Shown piece after piece: positions 1 through 12,926 of a stretch of 64,000 nt of DNA (its first letter is position 1; each line of letters starts with the position of its first letter). The position numbers were made by a program, and so were the translations under genes. Where the stretch lies: positions 2,418,001-2,482,000 of the forward strand of contig CM074806.1 of NCBI GenBank assembly GCA_037447605.1. Direction: 5' to 3'. The notes below the pieces were generated by a model, which saw only the letters and a program-made list of their open reading frames with translations, was not told the DNA's origin and did no database searches. This stretch comes from Zygnema circumcarinatum SAG 698-1b (Eukaryota; Plantae; Zygnematophyceae).

Positions 1-579
1 AATCGCCACATGGATGGAACGCAACGGAACGGACGTTATGTGTATCCTGCAACAGTCCATTCACAGTATGAACTCAAACCGTTGAAACTTTTGGGGAAAA
101 TGCTTATGTTATTGCCCTCTTCAGTCACCTCTGAGAGTGTCAGCAACATATCACTCACGTACTGGAAAAAAAGGGGTCAATGGAGCTTATCATCATACAA
201 AGAGCACCTAGATTAGCATTTCCATGCAGTGAAAACATGCTCTTGCTTCATTAGGTCGTACCTGAATCACACGAAATGCTCGTTTTGCACTTGTTTTTGA
301 AAAGTCAAAAAACCTGGATAAGAGAAATTGATAAATAAATCAGCAAACAAGAACTGGCGAGGAACACTGCCAAGTTGTGTCGAAAATGACTAAGGGATTT
401 GGCCAAAGAATGTCAGTCTGAGCCTTACTTGATCGCACGATCTTTAGCGCCCGAAATGAGAATAGCCGACTGGGGATGGAAGTCAAGATCATTTATGGGC
501 TGCGCAACACTCACCAACTAAAGAATTAACAATGCAAACAAAATTGTGCACCAGACAGAAGGGGAGGGCGACCTATGCC

Positions 580-619
<40 letters not shown>

Positions 620-3177
620 GGGACTCGTGGCGTTCAGCACAAGAACTAGCAAAGTGAGTCGTACATTCATCCCCACTTGCATTTGGTATAACACACACAG
701 CACAAGGACGAGCTAAACAACTGCACGCAAGTTTGAAAATGGTGACACTGACCAACATGCATGTGCCAAATTACGTGCTTAATGTCAGTTTCAAGTCAAA
801 CTGTCGCATTCAACTATGCTCTGTTAAAAGCATGGCATGCTGGTTTCTTCCCCAAAGAAATTACACAACAATACCTGTGTGTGCTCATAGAATTGCCGAA
901 TCTCCGGCCTCAGGTCGGTGCCTTTCCGTGCCTCCGGGTCCAGAAAGAGACGCATCTTCTCTACCTGCACAGAAAAAATGGCATGCTTACGAACTTTGTA
1001 AAGTATTGAATGGGCAACAGGAATGGAAGACCTTTCAAGACTGCCTACATCACTCAAACTAGCCCACAAAAAGACTAGTTTAAGTGAATTCGGTCCAATT
1101 CAGAAGTAAGTAGAAATTCCAGGGCTTCTCCACAAGGGTAGGGGCATGCAGTAAACCTGCGAATACACAAACATGGGTGTTTTTTGAATGCTGAAATTCC
1201 ATTCATTGTTTCCCTTTATTTTCAGGCCACCCGGAACTCACCTCTAAAAGCTTAATGCAAGTGTCTGCGCTCCCTGTGGCAACGAGTCTGCCATCTGGGC
1301 TGAACCGTGCACACCTCACAACATTCTGAGGCAGAACAAAGCCAAGGGAGGGCATGAATGCGGGGGGGGGAGGGAGGGAGAGGGAGGGAGAGGGAGAGAG
1401 CGAGGAGAGGAAAGAAGGGAGGGAGGGAGGGAGACCGATTGAAAGCCATGCTAGAAATTAGAGTGAAATATGGAATACATATTTCTTGCTGCTTTGATTA
1501 ATGCAATAGCAACGGCATGTGGTCATGCAAAAACCGTCCACTTGAACTCGAGCTGTCTGACCTCATCATAACCCAGGCGACTTTACGAAGTAAACACATT
1601 TCTGCAATACTAAACAATGTCAGCAAGACAAAAGTCTTGATGCTTTTGACGATTGACTTAAAACTATGAAAAAAGAAAAAGAATAAAAAAGTGGAGAAGG
1701 GCTCAAATGAGGAGCACCTGCCTTATGCTCAGTTACATGCTTCGACTCATGCGCAGGAAACGACCGAGAAGGATCCTTAACTGGGCCGCTGCTTCCCGCC
1801 CCCAGCCATGGCCATGGCAGCAGAAGGAGGAGGTGAGGCGCATAGGGAGCCGGCGCAGCCATAAGGAGCGCTGCCACCTGCACCGTAATGGGCCTCCTGT
1901 CACGCTCAAGGAACGCTCTGCTATGGACTCTCTAGCTACCTCTTCAGCGGAACAAACGTAGATAGTTAGTCATACTTATTGTTCATGGAGAATATCACAC
2001 ACCTGAAATCGAGTGAGGCACCAAGAGGAGGCAGCGTGGTGCCTTGCGTTACGCCGGTAGGTGGAAACGCATTTTCTGAAGTGATTGGTCTAGTCCCGCG
2101 TTTCGCCTCCTCCTTTTCTGCGGCGAGACCCTGCAATGCAGGTGCAGGGAACATATAGGGTTCATTTCATCTCCATGGATAGAGATACGTTCTGTCATCA
2201 ACTCGCGATGGTTTGCAATTGTCCCATCCTACTTTAGAAATTCACAAAATAGCAGTTAGCTATTGGCTAGTTAGGCTAAGGCTATTACGATGCACGCGCG
2301 CTGGAGCACTTCACCAAACTAAAAAATGAAATTTGCCGAATTAATAATGAGACAATGCTTGAGTTCTCTACTTCACAATGCCAGTCTTTGCGACAGTTGG
2401 CATGAATTAACATCGTCTTTTTAAAAGCTGACATCTTTAGCCCTGAAGCCGTACCCGATTAGAATGCAGTCCTATTTACAATTTGTAAAATATGGACGAA
2501 AAAGAGGTCATTTTAAAAGAGAAAAACCTGAATTAAGATTCAACCACTGCCCGATAAAATTCTTCTACGACATCTGCAGCTTTTCAGTCGAACCATACCT
2601 TGCGAACGAGAGCCAACAGCCTGCCACGTGGGACTTCCGGGTCGAGCGGCGCTAGGGTTACACTGCTCACCATTTTGGCTGCCTGATCCCTCCCTCTCGC
2701 ACGATGCGCCACCATAAATCTCAAAAGCATCCTCCCTCTTCCTAACCCTAACCCTCTCCATTCGCCCTCGCCCTCACCCTCTTTCAACCTCACTCTCACT
2801 CTCCCATTCTCTCTCTCTCCCTCCCACCCGCCCTGCCTCCCTCCCGAGTGATTCTCTATCTCTACAACTCATGAAACCCTCGCAGACGTCCTTTGGGCCC
2901 ACGAACTCTAATCTCCATACAAACTCTAGAACGATGTAAAGCATGAACATGGCATTCCAAAAGATCTCATAGGTCCATAGGGTCTTCAAGAATTGCATGG
3001 CGAATTTTTAGGGTTTTTTAGGTTTTTGGAGCTCCAGGAAACACTTAGAACATACAAAAGGCCACTTCCTGCAAACTCCCTCCGCTCCTCTAACCAGCGC
3101 ACCTGCGAGTAGCCGTCATCCCGCAGCTGTGCCGCGACGAGCACATAGAGGTCGAAGGGCAAGAAGTCCGCCGCCAT
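1..3177 (-). CDS. CSTF1: Cleavage stimulation factor 50 kDa subunit (CstF-50, WD40), multi-exon, 3' part outside window
   Basis: GT-AG exons join to MAADFLPFDLYVLVAAQLRDDGYSQ (3177-3103) / AAKMVSSVTLAPLDPEVPRGRLLALVRK / GLAAEKEE..SLDF / PAHESKHVTEHK / NVVRCARFSPDGRLVATGSADTCIKLLE / IRQFYEHTQ / PINDLDFHPQSAILISGAKDRAIK / FFDFSKTSAKRAFRVIQ / DTHNVRSVAFHPCGD. This is colinear with plant CstF-50. Confidence 0.92.
580..621. repeat. (GT)n(GA)n compound microsatellite in a CSTF1 intron
   Basis: Read directly. Confidence 0.9.
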
Positions 3178-3399
3178 GGCTGCCCCTGCTCCCCCCGCCC
3201 GCCCGGACAGGAGCGCGCCCGGCAGGCCTGCCCTCCCCCCCCCCCGGAGGTCGTCTCCAACGGCCACGCGCCCGACATCTCGCACGCGCCAATCCAGCCG
3301 TAGATCCTCACACCTTTCGACGTGGCACATCCAACGGTTGGCTACTCACCATCGCGCATGCAACAATCCGACGGTGACCATCTCACGACACTCCTCGTG

Positions 3400-4200
3400 G
3401 TTTCTCTAACGGCCAATATCCGCAAGCCTCGCCCGTGTCCGCACCGTTGTCTTATGCCCCCCTCGCCGCGTGAGTCCGCCCGCCCGCCCTTTGATCGATG
3501 TGCGTTTACTTCCTTGATGAGCGCGCTCTGGCGCATAGTGTTGTGCGCGACGCGGTTGCCGCGGTGGAAGAGGAGGTCGCTCCTTGCGTGACCGCGAGAG
3601 CCGAACCACATTGTGGGCCCTCGGCGGACCGCTCACGGGGCGCGAGGGGTCCGGCCTGATCTCGCTTTGATGGGCGATGCTCGGAGCATGTTTGGGGATG
3701 TTGTGCTGGTAGTCCCGACTTGCTGCGGTCCATTGTCTTGCGCCGCAGCATGAAGATGGTGGTTGCTGCTCGCGATGCGGCTCCGCCCATGGAGAGCGAG
3801 TGCACACGCCGCGACTCTGCAGACGAGTTTCTTTCCCATGGCCGTTGAGACCTTCAGTTGCCGCCATGCCCGTTTGGATGCTTCCTTTGCCAGCGCGCCC
3901 ATCTCGTTTTCAAGATGCATGGCCTCGGAAGCCTTCCCTCGGCTATGCTCACAGCCTTTGTCGACAACGCATTTATGTAGTCCAGTGGCGGACCGACATA
4001 TACAAGTTTGAGGTGGCTTAGCTTCCCAACAGGTTTTGAAAATTCAACTTTTTTTTTATTTTATCTTATGTATTTTATACTGAAAAAGGGCTTAGCTCTC
4101 CCCTCAGCACAAATCTTGGATGCGCCACTGCATACAGCGTTGCCGCGCCTCCACACTCCTTCACCGCGCCACGGCTGTCAGTGACCATCGTTCGCGGTGG
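3400..4200 (+). mobile_element. Decayed fragment of the CRE-like retroelement REL domain
   Basis: Frameshifted pieces ALAHSVVRDAVAAV, RPDLALMGDARSMFGDVVL, PMAVETFSC, RQRIYV..IQRCRASTLLHRA match the C-terminus of the 10866-12926 ORF. Confidence 0.85.
3983..4130. mobile_element. 148-bp MITE interrupting the decayed CRE fragment
   Basis: Ends CAGTGGCGGA ... TGCGCCACTG, AT-rich core, CRE homology resumes on both sides. No clear TSD. Confidence 0.6.
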
Positions 4201-6381
4201 GCGGCCGCAGTGCCTCCCTCACAGTGGCCTCGACCTGCCTTCGAGGCAGGCCACAGGGTGCTGCGGCGCGGCGGCTGGGCCTGTAAGAGGGAGGTCCGCC
4301 CGCAGCTTCTTTCGCAGTATAGTGACCTGTTCCGCCGGAGCTGTGGTGGTCGCCGCGTGGTTCCCACGTTCCTGCTTGCGTCCCCGCCGCCATGGCGCCA
4401 CGCCTCACACCTCCCTCCCTCCCTCCGCCACATCGGCGCTTCGCGTCACTCGCACGCGGCGGTTTCGCGCGATTCCTGCTTCGTCAAACTCGCCAATGGC
4501 GGTTTGCCACGTCACTACAACTCCACACGTGTCGCGTTTCCATTGGAGGTGGTTGACTGCAGTTCGCAGCCCAGCGCTCAAGGCCGCTTCTCGCCCCCCT
4601 CAAAACGTCCGTACGTAGTCCGTGCGTACGGTAACGACGTACGGACGCACGGCCGCCCGCCCCACCCTGCCCCGCTGGACTGGATGTGGACCGATGCCGG
4701 CGTCCGCCTCCGCCGCGCTCGGCCACAGCCAGGCAGCCAGGCCATGGCGGCTGCAGGGGGAGCAGGGAGGGCCGGCGAGAGGGGAGGGCGGGAGGGGAGC
4801 ACGCGGACGAGGAAGGGGACGTCCAGTAGCGGAGCAAGCCGTGGAATTTCAGGAGGTCTGGCTTAAGGGAAAGCGCCGTCGTCTGCCGTTGTGTCTAGGT
4901 CGTCGACACTGCTCGCGTTCGTTTTCCAGAATAGGAAGAGATTCAAACTCCTCTGGGATTTTCAAAGGAATCGTGGCTGCGGATTATAGGCTTTTAATCT
5001 AAAAATCTGGTTCGTTTTCTAAATCGTTCGTGTTTCAGGGACTCGCGACCACCTGTTCAACTGTTCTTGAAACGCGCCAGTTGTCCCTTCTTCCCCGTTT
5101 TCCTCTCGCATTTTCATCTATTGCTTACCGAATTAAGTTAGTGTGCGTTTGAACTGAAGACTGTTTACCGATGAGAGCAGAAAATGCGTACCAAGCGTCC
5201 TCTCCCTCTAAGAGCCGCTGCAGAAACTACGGAACCCCTAACATTGCAATATGGGCTTCATGCTTCCGGTTAAACGGAAGTTTAAGGTGATTCCGAGGGC
5301 GACTCGACCAGGGGATCTCATTTTATTATTTCGGCGGCGTTAGACCTTCAAACAGCGTCACTTTTGTGTTCGCTTTAATTCACAAGCATGCATCAACGAG
5401 CGTATATGAAGGGGGGGTTTAACTGGTCCATGCCTCCCCCCAAAAGCCAATCAGGAAAGGGTAACTCGGTGAGCATTCTGTACAATCTGTATTCGACTCT
5501 TCAAATTTCATGACCGGGACTATTTTGTAAAGTCTTTCATTCCGTTTCTATAGAAAGATGTCTGCATCTTTTAAATTTTATTGTATTGTAGGCTCTCCGA
5601 TTCCTGGCACGTAGACATAAGAGAAGCTGTTGACATAATTGAAGTTTTCATAGCGGCTTTCGAGCAGGATGTGTTTTGATCGATGACTACAATCGAAAAT
5701 GCAGATTAGGAGCTTTGGGAGCGGTAGAGCTTTAAGATGTTTAGCTCAATTGCACTATGTGGCCGTCCGTCTGGTTGGTTACACTAACTAGGTGTGGTCA
5801 CTGAAAGGTTGCGGCATATTTTAGTTTCAAGGATTGCGGTTAATTACTCTGCCTCTTGAACCGACAAAGAATTGCATTTATTCTCTCACCGTTCTTCAAA
5901 CAGCTTAAAGCTAGGAGTTATTTTGGGTCGAAATGGTCGAACAGGAGAGTTTCCCGCAGGACATTGGGGAGGCTGTAGAGGCTTTAGCCCGTACAAATAA
6001 AGGGAAAATGAATGAAGGCAAGGGAGGGTTCATAGGGTTCTGCCAATGAGGAGGGATGGGGAGGGGGTGAATCTAAGGTGGGACTGAAGATTAAATGAGG
6101 AGGATTGGCGACATAGAGGGAGGAGTGGGCGCAATTGGTGCATAAGAGAGAATGCAAGGATGTGTGTGTGAAATAGGGATATCGCTGACCAGATGCAACG
6201 AGAAAATTCTGAAAAGTGGTCCAACGCAACGGTGAAGCAATTGGGTTTTTCGATTTTTTCGGAGTTTTCGGGTTTTATGTTTCCTTGTTCTCTACAAGCT
6301 TACAGCTTGCCGGCTCTGCATTCTTAACTATTTTTTACTTAGCGCAAACGTGCCAGTCCTGCTAGACTTTTCCCTTGGCAG

Positions 6382-9366
6382 TATGGCTTACTACATGGCA
6401 TCCTGGTGATTGGGGCTGGCCAGGGCTCACCCTGCTGCGATCGCCTCTCCAACCCTCTATTCTTCCTTATTTTTGTTCTGTCGGCCTTTTTGGCGGTTTC
6501 TGCCGGGGTGCTATCTCTTTCGGAGTACTGGACAGGAGAGATGGTTCAAGGGAGTGCATGCTTGCCATGTGGCACGTTGGGCGGCTTAACCCGAGATTGG
6601 AATGAGGGAACTCCCAAGGGATGGGAGTTCTTCAAGGATGCACGTGTGCTATTGGTGTCGCACGAGTTGTCCTTTTCAGGTAGTCCTCACCGGACCCTTG
6701 GATTAAACCGCTACACTGCACAAGAGGCCTCTCCTTTACTTAGGTCGTATGGGCTTCATGTAGACAAAAGGCAGAGAATGGCGATGAACTCACTTTGACG
6801 AAGTTGGTGTGGAAAGAACACAGGAGACCCTTAGGGAAATTGTAGTGCACAAGGGTGGACTCGTAGTCTCATTGCATCAGCAAGCCTGTAAGGTATCTAG
6901 TAGAAGGCGGCTGTTGGATTCATTTAATCTAACGAGAGCTGGTTTGTTTTGACGTTTCTCAGTAAACAGTGGTGCCTGTGGTGGCGGCGGGGTGGCAGAA
7001 CCGGCACAGCAACTTATGGAACTGGCGGCTCTTTTGGTGAAGGCTGAAGCACGGGTTACATGGGTGACCAATCAGAAGGAAACACATGGAGAGCATCTGG
7101 AGGTTGAGCAGCGACTGGAGGCCAAGCTGATGGCTATGAAAGTTGGAGTGAGTGTTACTTGCGCTTCTGCTGGTTGTACACCGTTCACTGACTAGTTGAC
7201 AGCTTCCAATTTTGAGCCATTTATTCAGCTGGATAAAGGTCGAATATAGTAGAATAGACGCAAGGTCGCTTAGGGAGCCATTCGGCCATGTCCACGAGCC
7301 TCTTTCCCTTAGCACCCTAAGGTTTTCCCACAGCTTTCATTCACACTGCCACTTCACTTGCGTCCTGCAGGTAATGGACGCAAAGTCAGAAGAGATCTCA
7401 AAGGTTTTGACAAGCGCAGATACTGTGGTGTTGAACTCCATCTTGGCAAGCCGCTTTCTGGATAGTATCCAGACCCCGGAGCTGTTGCATGCTGTTTTGA
7501 AGAAGACTGCATGGTGGCTCCAAGACCAGAAGTTGCAGTACGTCCAGCAGGCACTCCTGCGGCATCTCCCTGAAGCCGCTGCTGTCATCGTTGAATCCAA
7601 AGCAGCTAAGGAGTTTTGGCGGCAGGCAGTGACGACTTCCATAAGGTAAGTCTTTGGCAAAATAGTCATCGTGAGCACAATTCACAAGCAAGGTAGAGAG
7701 AACAGAGTGTTGAGAAACTAGAGCTTTGCTAATGTCCAGCATTCAGCCTATTGGGCTCATCCAGCTTTTCCATGAAGTTACCCAAACAGAGGCATACACA
7801 CTTAATCTCACTGTTTTCTGCATGCGTTATCCTTAGTGGCTTCGTCCTGTCGTTGCGTTTTTACGGCTCTGGGAATGTATCTGTCTTAGTCCAAATGAAC
7901 AGTCCCTGTGTGTTGAATAATCTCCTCAAATTTACTCCCCCCTTTTCCAGCAAGGACCTCCTGCGTGTCCACGTGGTCCCCCCCGGCCTCTCCCGGGAGG
8001 TGGCTGAGCTGGCAGACACCCCTGTTGCTTGCCGGCATCTCTCGCAGTTCGTGCGAAGCACAGTAAATCTGGATGAGTCGGCCTTTGTTGTTTCCATCAT
8101 TGGTGGTATGACCTCACCCTATTTCCCCCTCTCGCTATTCTTTCCCTCTCTCTACCTCTCTTCCCCTCTCCTCTCCCTTGTGGGGACAGCATTGGCATGT
8201 GGATGTCTGACCATGGTCAGCATGGGGAGAGTCGGGGCGCAGCGTCAACAAGAGCGGCAGGACAGGATCTTTTCCTACGCGCTTTCAAATCAGCGGTTGA
8301 CACGTGTCAGGCGGACGGGTCTTCATTGGGTGGGCCGCTGCAGGCCCTCCTTGTGGGGTCCAATTGGGAAGATCAGCCAAAACTGGAAACGGAACTGCGG
8401 CAGCTCGTCAAGACCAGTGGGCTGCTGACAGCTGTCGCGTTTGTAAACCAGACGAAGGATATCGTGCCATATTTGGCTGCCTCTAACGTGCTCGTGCAGA
8501 ATGGGCAGGTGAGGAGTGAGAATGCGAACGAGGGGATATCGTCAGAGTCATCTTGCTGTGGAGTCTTGGAGTTTCATGGGAAGGAACAGTCTCAGTGCAA
8601 CTTTCGCTGCTGATTCTACAATTGTGCAGCTTTTGTCTCTTTGATCCGTATAGGGGTTTTTGGCAAAGTAAAGTAAGTATGTGCTTCGGTCGCCTTTATA
8701 TTTGAGAGGTAATCATAAATGTTTTTCTCTCTCCTGTTTTGTTGGGGGGTGATTCGGGAAAGAACAGGCACAGGGGGAGGTGTCCCTGCGGACGGTAGTC
8801 TCAGCCATGGCTTTAAGACTGCCTGTCCTTGTAAGCCCACTTACACAAAGCTTACTTTGCTTGCCCCTCTAATTTCTCCATGAAATGGTGGAGTATGTGA
8901 TGTTATGGGTCCACCTGCATAAGAGGGGAACGAATGGAGCGTTTACTCTTGTGTCCATGTTGCTCACATAGTCTTACTATGCCGCCCCCCCTCCCTCCCC
9001 CCCTCACCTTTCCACTCTCTCTACCCGCCCTCTCTTCCTCTTCCTGTGCTCGTGCAGGCTGCGGCCATTCCGGACAGCATGGAAATTGTAACCAACAACA
9101 GCAATGGCATTTTGCATCCTGTCGGCAAAGAGGGCGTTCCTGTGCTTGCAGCTACCATTGCTGAGCTGGCACTCGACCGCAAAATGTTGAGCAACGTTGG
9201 AAGACGGGGCTTTGAGAAAGTGAGGGAGACGTATTTGGAGAGTCATTTCGTAGAGAGGATGGGGAAGATCCTAAAGGGCGTGTATGATGCCAAGGGCCAG
9301 GCAGAGCTGGTGAAGAAGATGAAGAGAAAGAAGCAGGTGAGGCTGGTCACCGAGGTTGTGAGGTAG
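6382..9366 (+). CDS. GT4 (Glycos_transf_1) glycosyltransferase-like protein, At1g19710/At1g75420 type, degenerate active site. First exon possibly from ATG 4744.
   Basis: Exons 6382-6679, 6999-7147, 7371-7645, 7951-8105, ~8230-8508, 8768-8830, 9058-9366. They encode a TM anchor, VLLVSHELS, LMELA, GQDLFLRAF, Q-KLETELR, VLVQN, AM-L-LPVL and LHPVGKEGV. Confidence 0.88.
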
Positions 9367-9753
9367 TTGCTGCGGCGGGTTAGGCGCAAAAGAAACATAC
9401 TTTTCTCCTTCTTCCGCGAAGGTGATGGCATGAGCGAACCTGTGGAGTGCTCCTTGTGGTTCCGTACACCCCCCCCCCCCCCCTTCCCTCGTTCCTGTTG
9501 GGGCCATTGCCGGCTTTTCTTGCTTGGGTGCTTTGGGCCTTGTTCCATGCATGCAATCCAAGGTCATGTGGGCATCATGCAACTCCAGATCGGAGGCTGC
9601 AACGCACCTCTTCGGAAGCTACGTTTCGTTTACTTCAGTGGAGACAAGAAGGGTATTGACACATAGGAATATATTTTGTAAATCTCCCGTGGAAGCATGC
9701 GAGGGCAAACAATTACGAGGTCTGTGTATGACGTGTGTGCTAGTTAGAAAACT

Positions 9754-10500
9754 CAGCAGAGTATGCCAATGGTGCAACCATTGCAATGGTTGGCTGGCTC
9801 GCGATCCAATGGTTTGCAACAATTGGCAATGGTTGTTTCGGTTCGACGCCAATGGTTCGCAACCATTGCAAAGGGAATGTCAGATTCAACAAGTTGTTCA
9901 TAAGTTTGACACCAAAACAAGTACTCCGGTGAGATCGCGATACGCTTGTAGAAGAGTACTTCAATGATTTTTTTTTGTTAGATTTCATAGACTCTGACAT
10001 GCCTTGATGATCGGCAAGCATTGGACGCAACCAGTTATGAATTTAATGGTAGGTAATCATTGCAGTGGTTGGGACTATTACACAGAAAGTGCAATAAATC
10101 CAATGGTTGGCAATCATTGCAATGGTTGGAACCATTACATAAAAAGCGCAAAATTTTCTTTACCGATAGGCGAACTCGAATTCATGTCTCGCCTTGTATG
10201 AAAAGACGCACTCTAACCATTATTTAACACAATAACGAAATTTTCTATCTAAATGATAGAACTTTGAATCCAATGGTATAGGCCATCATCATAGGCCATC
10301 ATCGTTGGCCGTCATTGAATCCAATGGCTTCGGCTATTGGCAATGGTTGTTTCGGTCTTGTTGGCAACCATTGGATCCAACGGTTTCGATCAATTGGCAG
10401 AGGTTGATTGGCTTGCGATCCAATGGTTCGCAACCATTGGCAATGGTTGGCTGGCCTGCGATGGTTCGCAACCATTGGCAATGATTGATCCAATAGTCCG
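9754..10500. repeat. Array of short palindromic units (CCAATGGTTnGCAACCATTG), probable non-autonomous DNA element
   Basis: Unit recurs many times, densest at 9766-9870 and 10320-10490. Confidence 0.65.
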
Positions 10501-10511
10501 ACCTGTGCTGT

Positions 10512-10623
10512 AGGTCCTTTGCGTATGTCCTTTGCGACCAGTTCCTCGTGGTTCCCCATGCTGCTTGTGTCCATGTACATTTTGATGGCCTCGCCATCGT
10601 GAGATCAATGCCATTTTCCCGTT
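10512..10623 (+). mobile_element. Short 5'-truncated retrocopy of the CRE-like 3' UTR
   Basis: Homologous to the reverse complement of 10715-10806. Flanked by 11-bp direct repeat ACCTGTGCTGT (10501-10511, 10624-10634). Confidence 0.75.
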
Positions 10624-10680
10624 ACCTGTGCTGTTACTGCTGTAGTGCATTCATTCACATTCACATTTGCTCTGGCGACT

Positions 10681-10685
<5 letters not shown>

Positions 10686-10711
<26 letters not shown>

Positions 10712-12926
10712 GGGGGAACCTTCATTGAACTCGCGATGGCGAGACCATCAAATGTACATGGACAAAGGCAAAATGTGGAACCACGAAGGACTGGTCACAA
10801 AGGACCGAAACACAATAAAACGAAGCTAGGAGCGGAAATCTACGCCTAGGCACAACAACGCAGCCCTAGAAGCAGCTGCGAAGGTCACCGATGTGAGGCA
10901 CGTCGCAAAGAGGGAGCGGCGGAAGTCCACCAACATGATCACCAACAACCGCAGCACGCCGAAGAAGCGTAGAAGCGAGGCAACGCTGAAGGGCGACGGA
11001 AATACGCTGTCGATAAAAAGTAACCAAGATCGCCGGAGGAGGGCTTCCGGGGCCGTGCATCTCGAAGGAGCGATGGGCGCACTGGCGAAGGAAGGTGTCC
11101 AAACGGGTGTCGAGGCAGCCAAAAATCTCAATAGCCATAGGAACAAACTCGTCGGCCGCATCACGGTGAACATATGCACGCTCCTTGCGAAGGGCCGCAT
11201 CGCGAGCAGCCACGCCTTCATGATGGGCTGCACGTGACAATAAATCGCGACGGGTTGGATCGGCCAACACAATATCCCCAAAAATGCGCCGGGCACCATC
11301 CATAAGAGCCAAATCAGGGCGAACTCCACGCTCGCCACGAATAGTCGGCCGTGGGGACACCAAGTGGCTCGGCTCCCGTCGCACAAGGTAGTTAGCTTCT
11401 TGAGCCACCGCAGCAATCGCATCGCGCACAACATTATGAGCCAAAATGCGTTCGCCCCCATGTGCGCATCGAAGAAGATGAACGCCTTGCGCATCAATCG
11501 AATCACCACAAACACAACGAGGAGAACCCTGCAATGGCGGATGGGGGAGCCCGAGACGAAGTCGCGCTGCAAGCTGAAACTGGCCTGGGGTCAAACGAAG
11601 GGTGGAAAATATCGGGGTAACAGCCAACCAAGCCCCAGCTCCAGGACCCGCACAAGAACGAAGCCGAGCACGCGCAACATCAGAAGGAAGAGCCGCAATA
11701 AGGGTAGAAAACTCAGCAGCAACAACCTCATCAGTCAAAGTGAGCTGGACACGTGGAACAGACTCGACGGCAAGCGAAACAAATGGGGGCACACGAGCCT
11801 GAGCACTAGCAGGAAGCAAACCATGGGCATCACGCAATGCAACCTGAAACGGAAGATCACCATCATCAACATGAGCGACAACAGACTGAAGCAACGGACG
11901 ATCAGCCACAATAAAACGCGAAGCCAAAATAGGAGCAACAAGAGCCCAACTACCCAAAAACGCAGTAGGCGCCACACGAACTGTCGGGATGAGTCCTAAA
12001 CCGCCCGCCGAAATAGGGAGCGAGGCTTGCGTACGTGCAAGCGGACCCTCCGGTCGATCGAAAATACCAGGACCCAAAAGGCGATGACATACAGAAAACA
12101 AACGCTCATCGAAAGATCGCAATGACTCAAGGAAAGCAGGGTTAGGAGGGAGAGTTCGCAAAAGGTATGACGGACGCAAAGCAAAACAACGAGTAAGCAA
12201 AGAAAAAGCCACCTGAGGATCTGAAAGATGTGGAAGCTCATCGACCTGAGACGTATCCTCAACCAAAGCATCATCAACAAAACGATCAACATAAGATGCA
12301 ACGCCAAAAGGGCAGCCTAAAACACGAATACCAATTCCATCAGCACAAGTCTGGATACCACAAGGGAGCGAAAGGGTAGAAGGGATACCAACCGGAGACC
12401 AAGCAAAACACTTCGACAAATTTACCGTCAAACGCATAGCGGCCAATTGAGTAGTAAAATCAGTAAACGCGACAACGACCTGGTCAGCAGGGCCAATGAT
12501 GTGAGTATCGTCGGCCACCGATGGAAAAAGGCAGCCCGGAAAAGCCTGTGCCGAAGCTCGAAGCGCACAAATGTGCGCCAAAGCGAACAAAGGACCGCCT
12601 AAAGGGTCTCCTTGGCGGGTCCCGGTCGCAGACTCCAAGGTCGCCACTCCACCAGACGCATCGCCAAGAGGAAAAAGGAGCGGGCTCGAGCGGGCTCGAA
12701 CGAGAATAAAATGTGCGCACAAAAGGAAAAAGGGACGCAATTGGTGCTGGGGCCTCTCGTAACTCGCGAAAAATCTCATGACGATCCACCGTATTAAAAG
12801 CATTAGTCACATCAACCTGCAAAACAACCCAATCAAGGTGAAGATCCAACGTCGCACGAATGCCATGAACTACGGCCTCGCAGCCCCCAAGGGTCGCCAC
12901 ACCAAACTGATAAGGGGAAAAATGGT
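10686..12926 (-). mobile_element. 5'-truncated CRE-clade non-LTR retrotransposon (RT + CCHC zinc knuckle + restriction-like endonuclease)
   Basis: QFGVATLGGCEAVVH, LQVDVTNAFNTVDR, GTRQGDPLG, FPSVADD, CVC..HLLRC, HNVVRD, RPDLAL..GDIV, KERAY. Stop at 10866. TSD CTTTTGT at 10679-10685 and 12927-12933. A 10-bp tandem duplication near 12679-12698 frameshifts the RT. Confidence 0.9.

Noticed and set aside
9754-10500. CRISPR-like array
   Set aside because: Eukaryotic context, irregular spacing, non-unique spacers and no cas genes.
10893-11999. Plus-strand ORFs opposite the CRE ORF (similar shadows lie over EBP2, gag and the kinase)
   Set aside because: Antisense shadows with no motifs.
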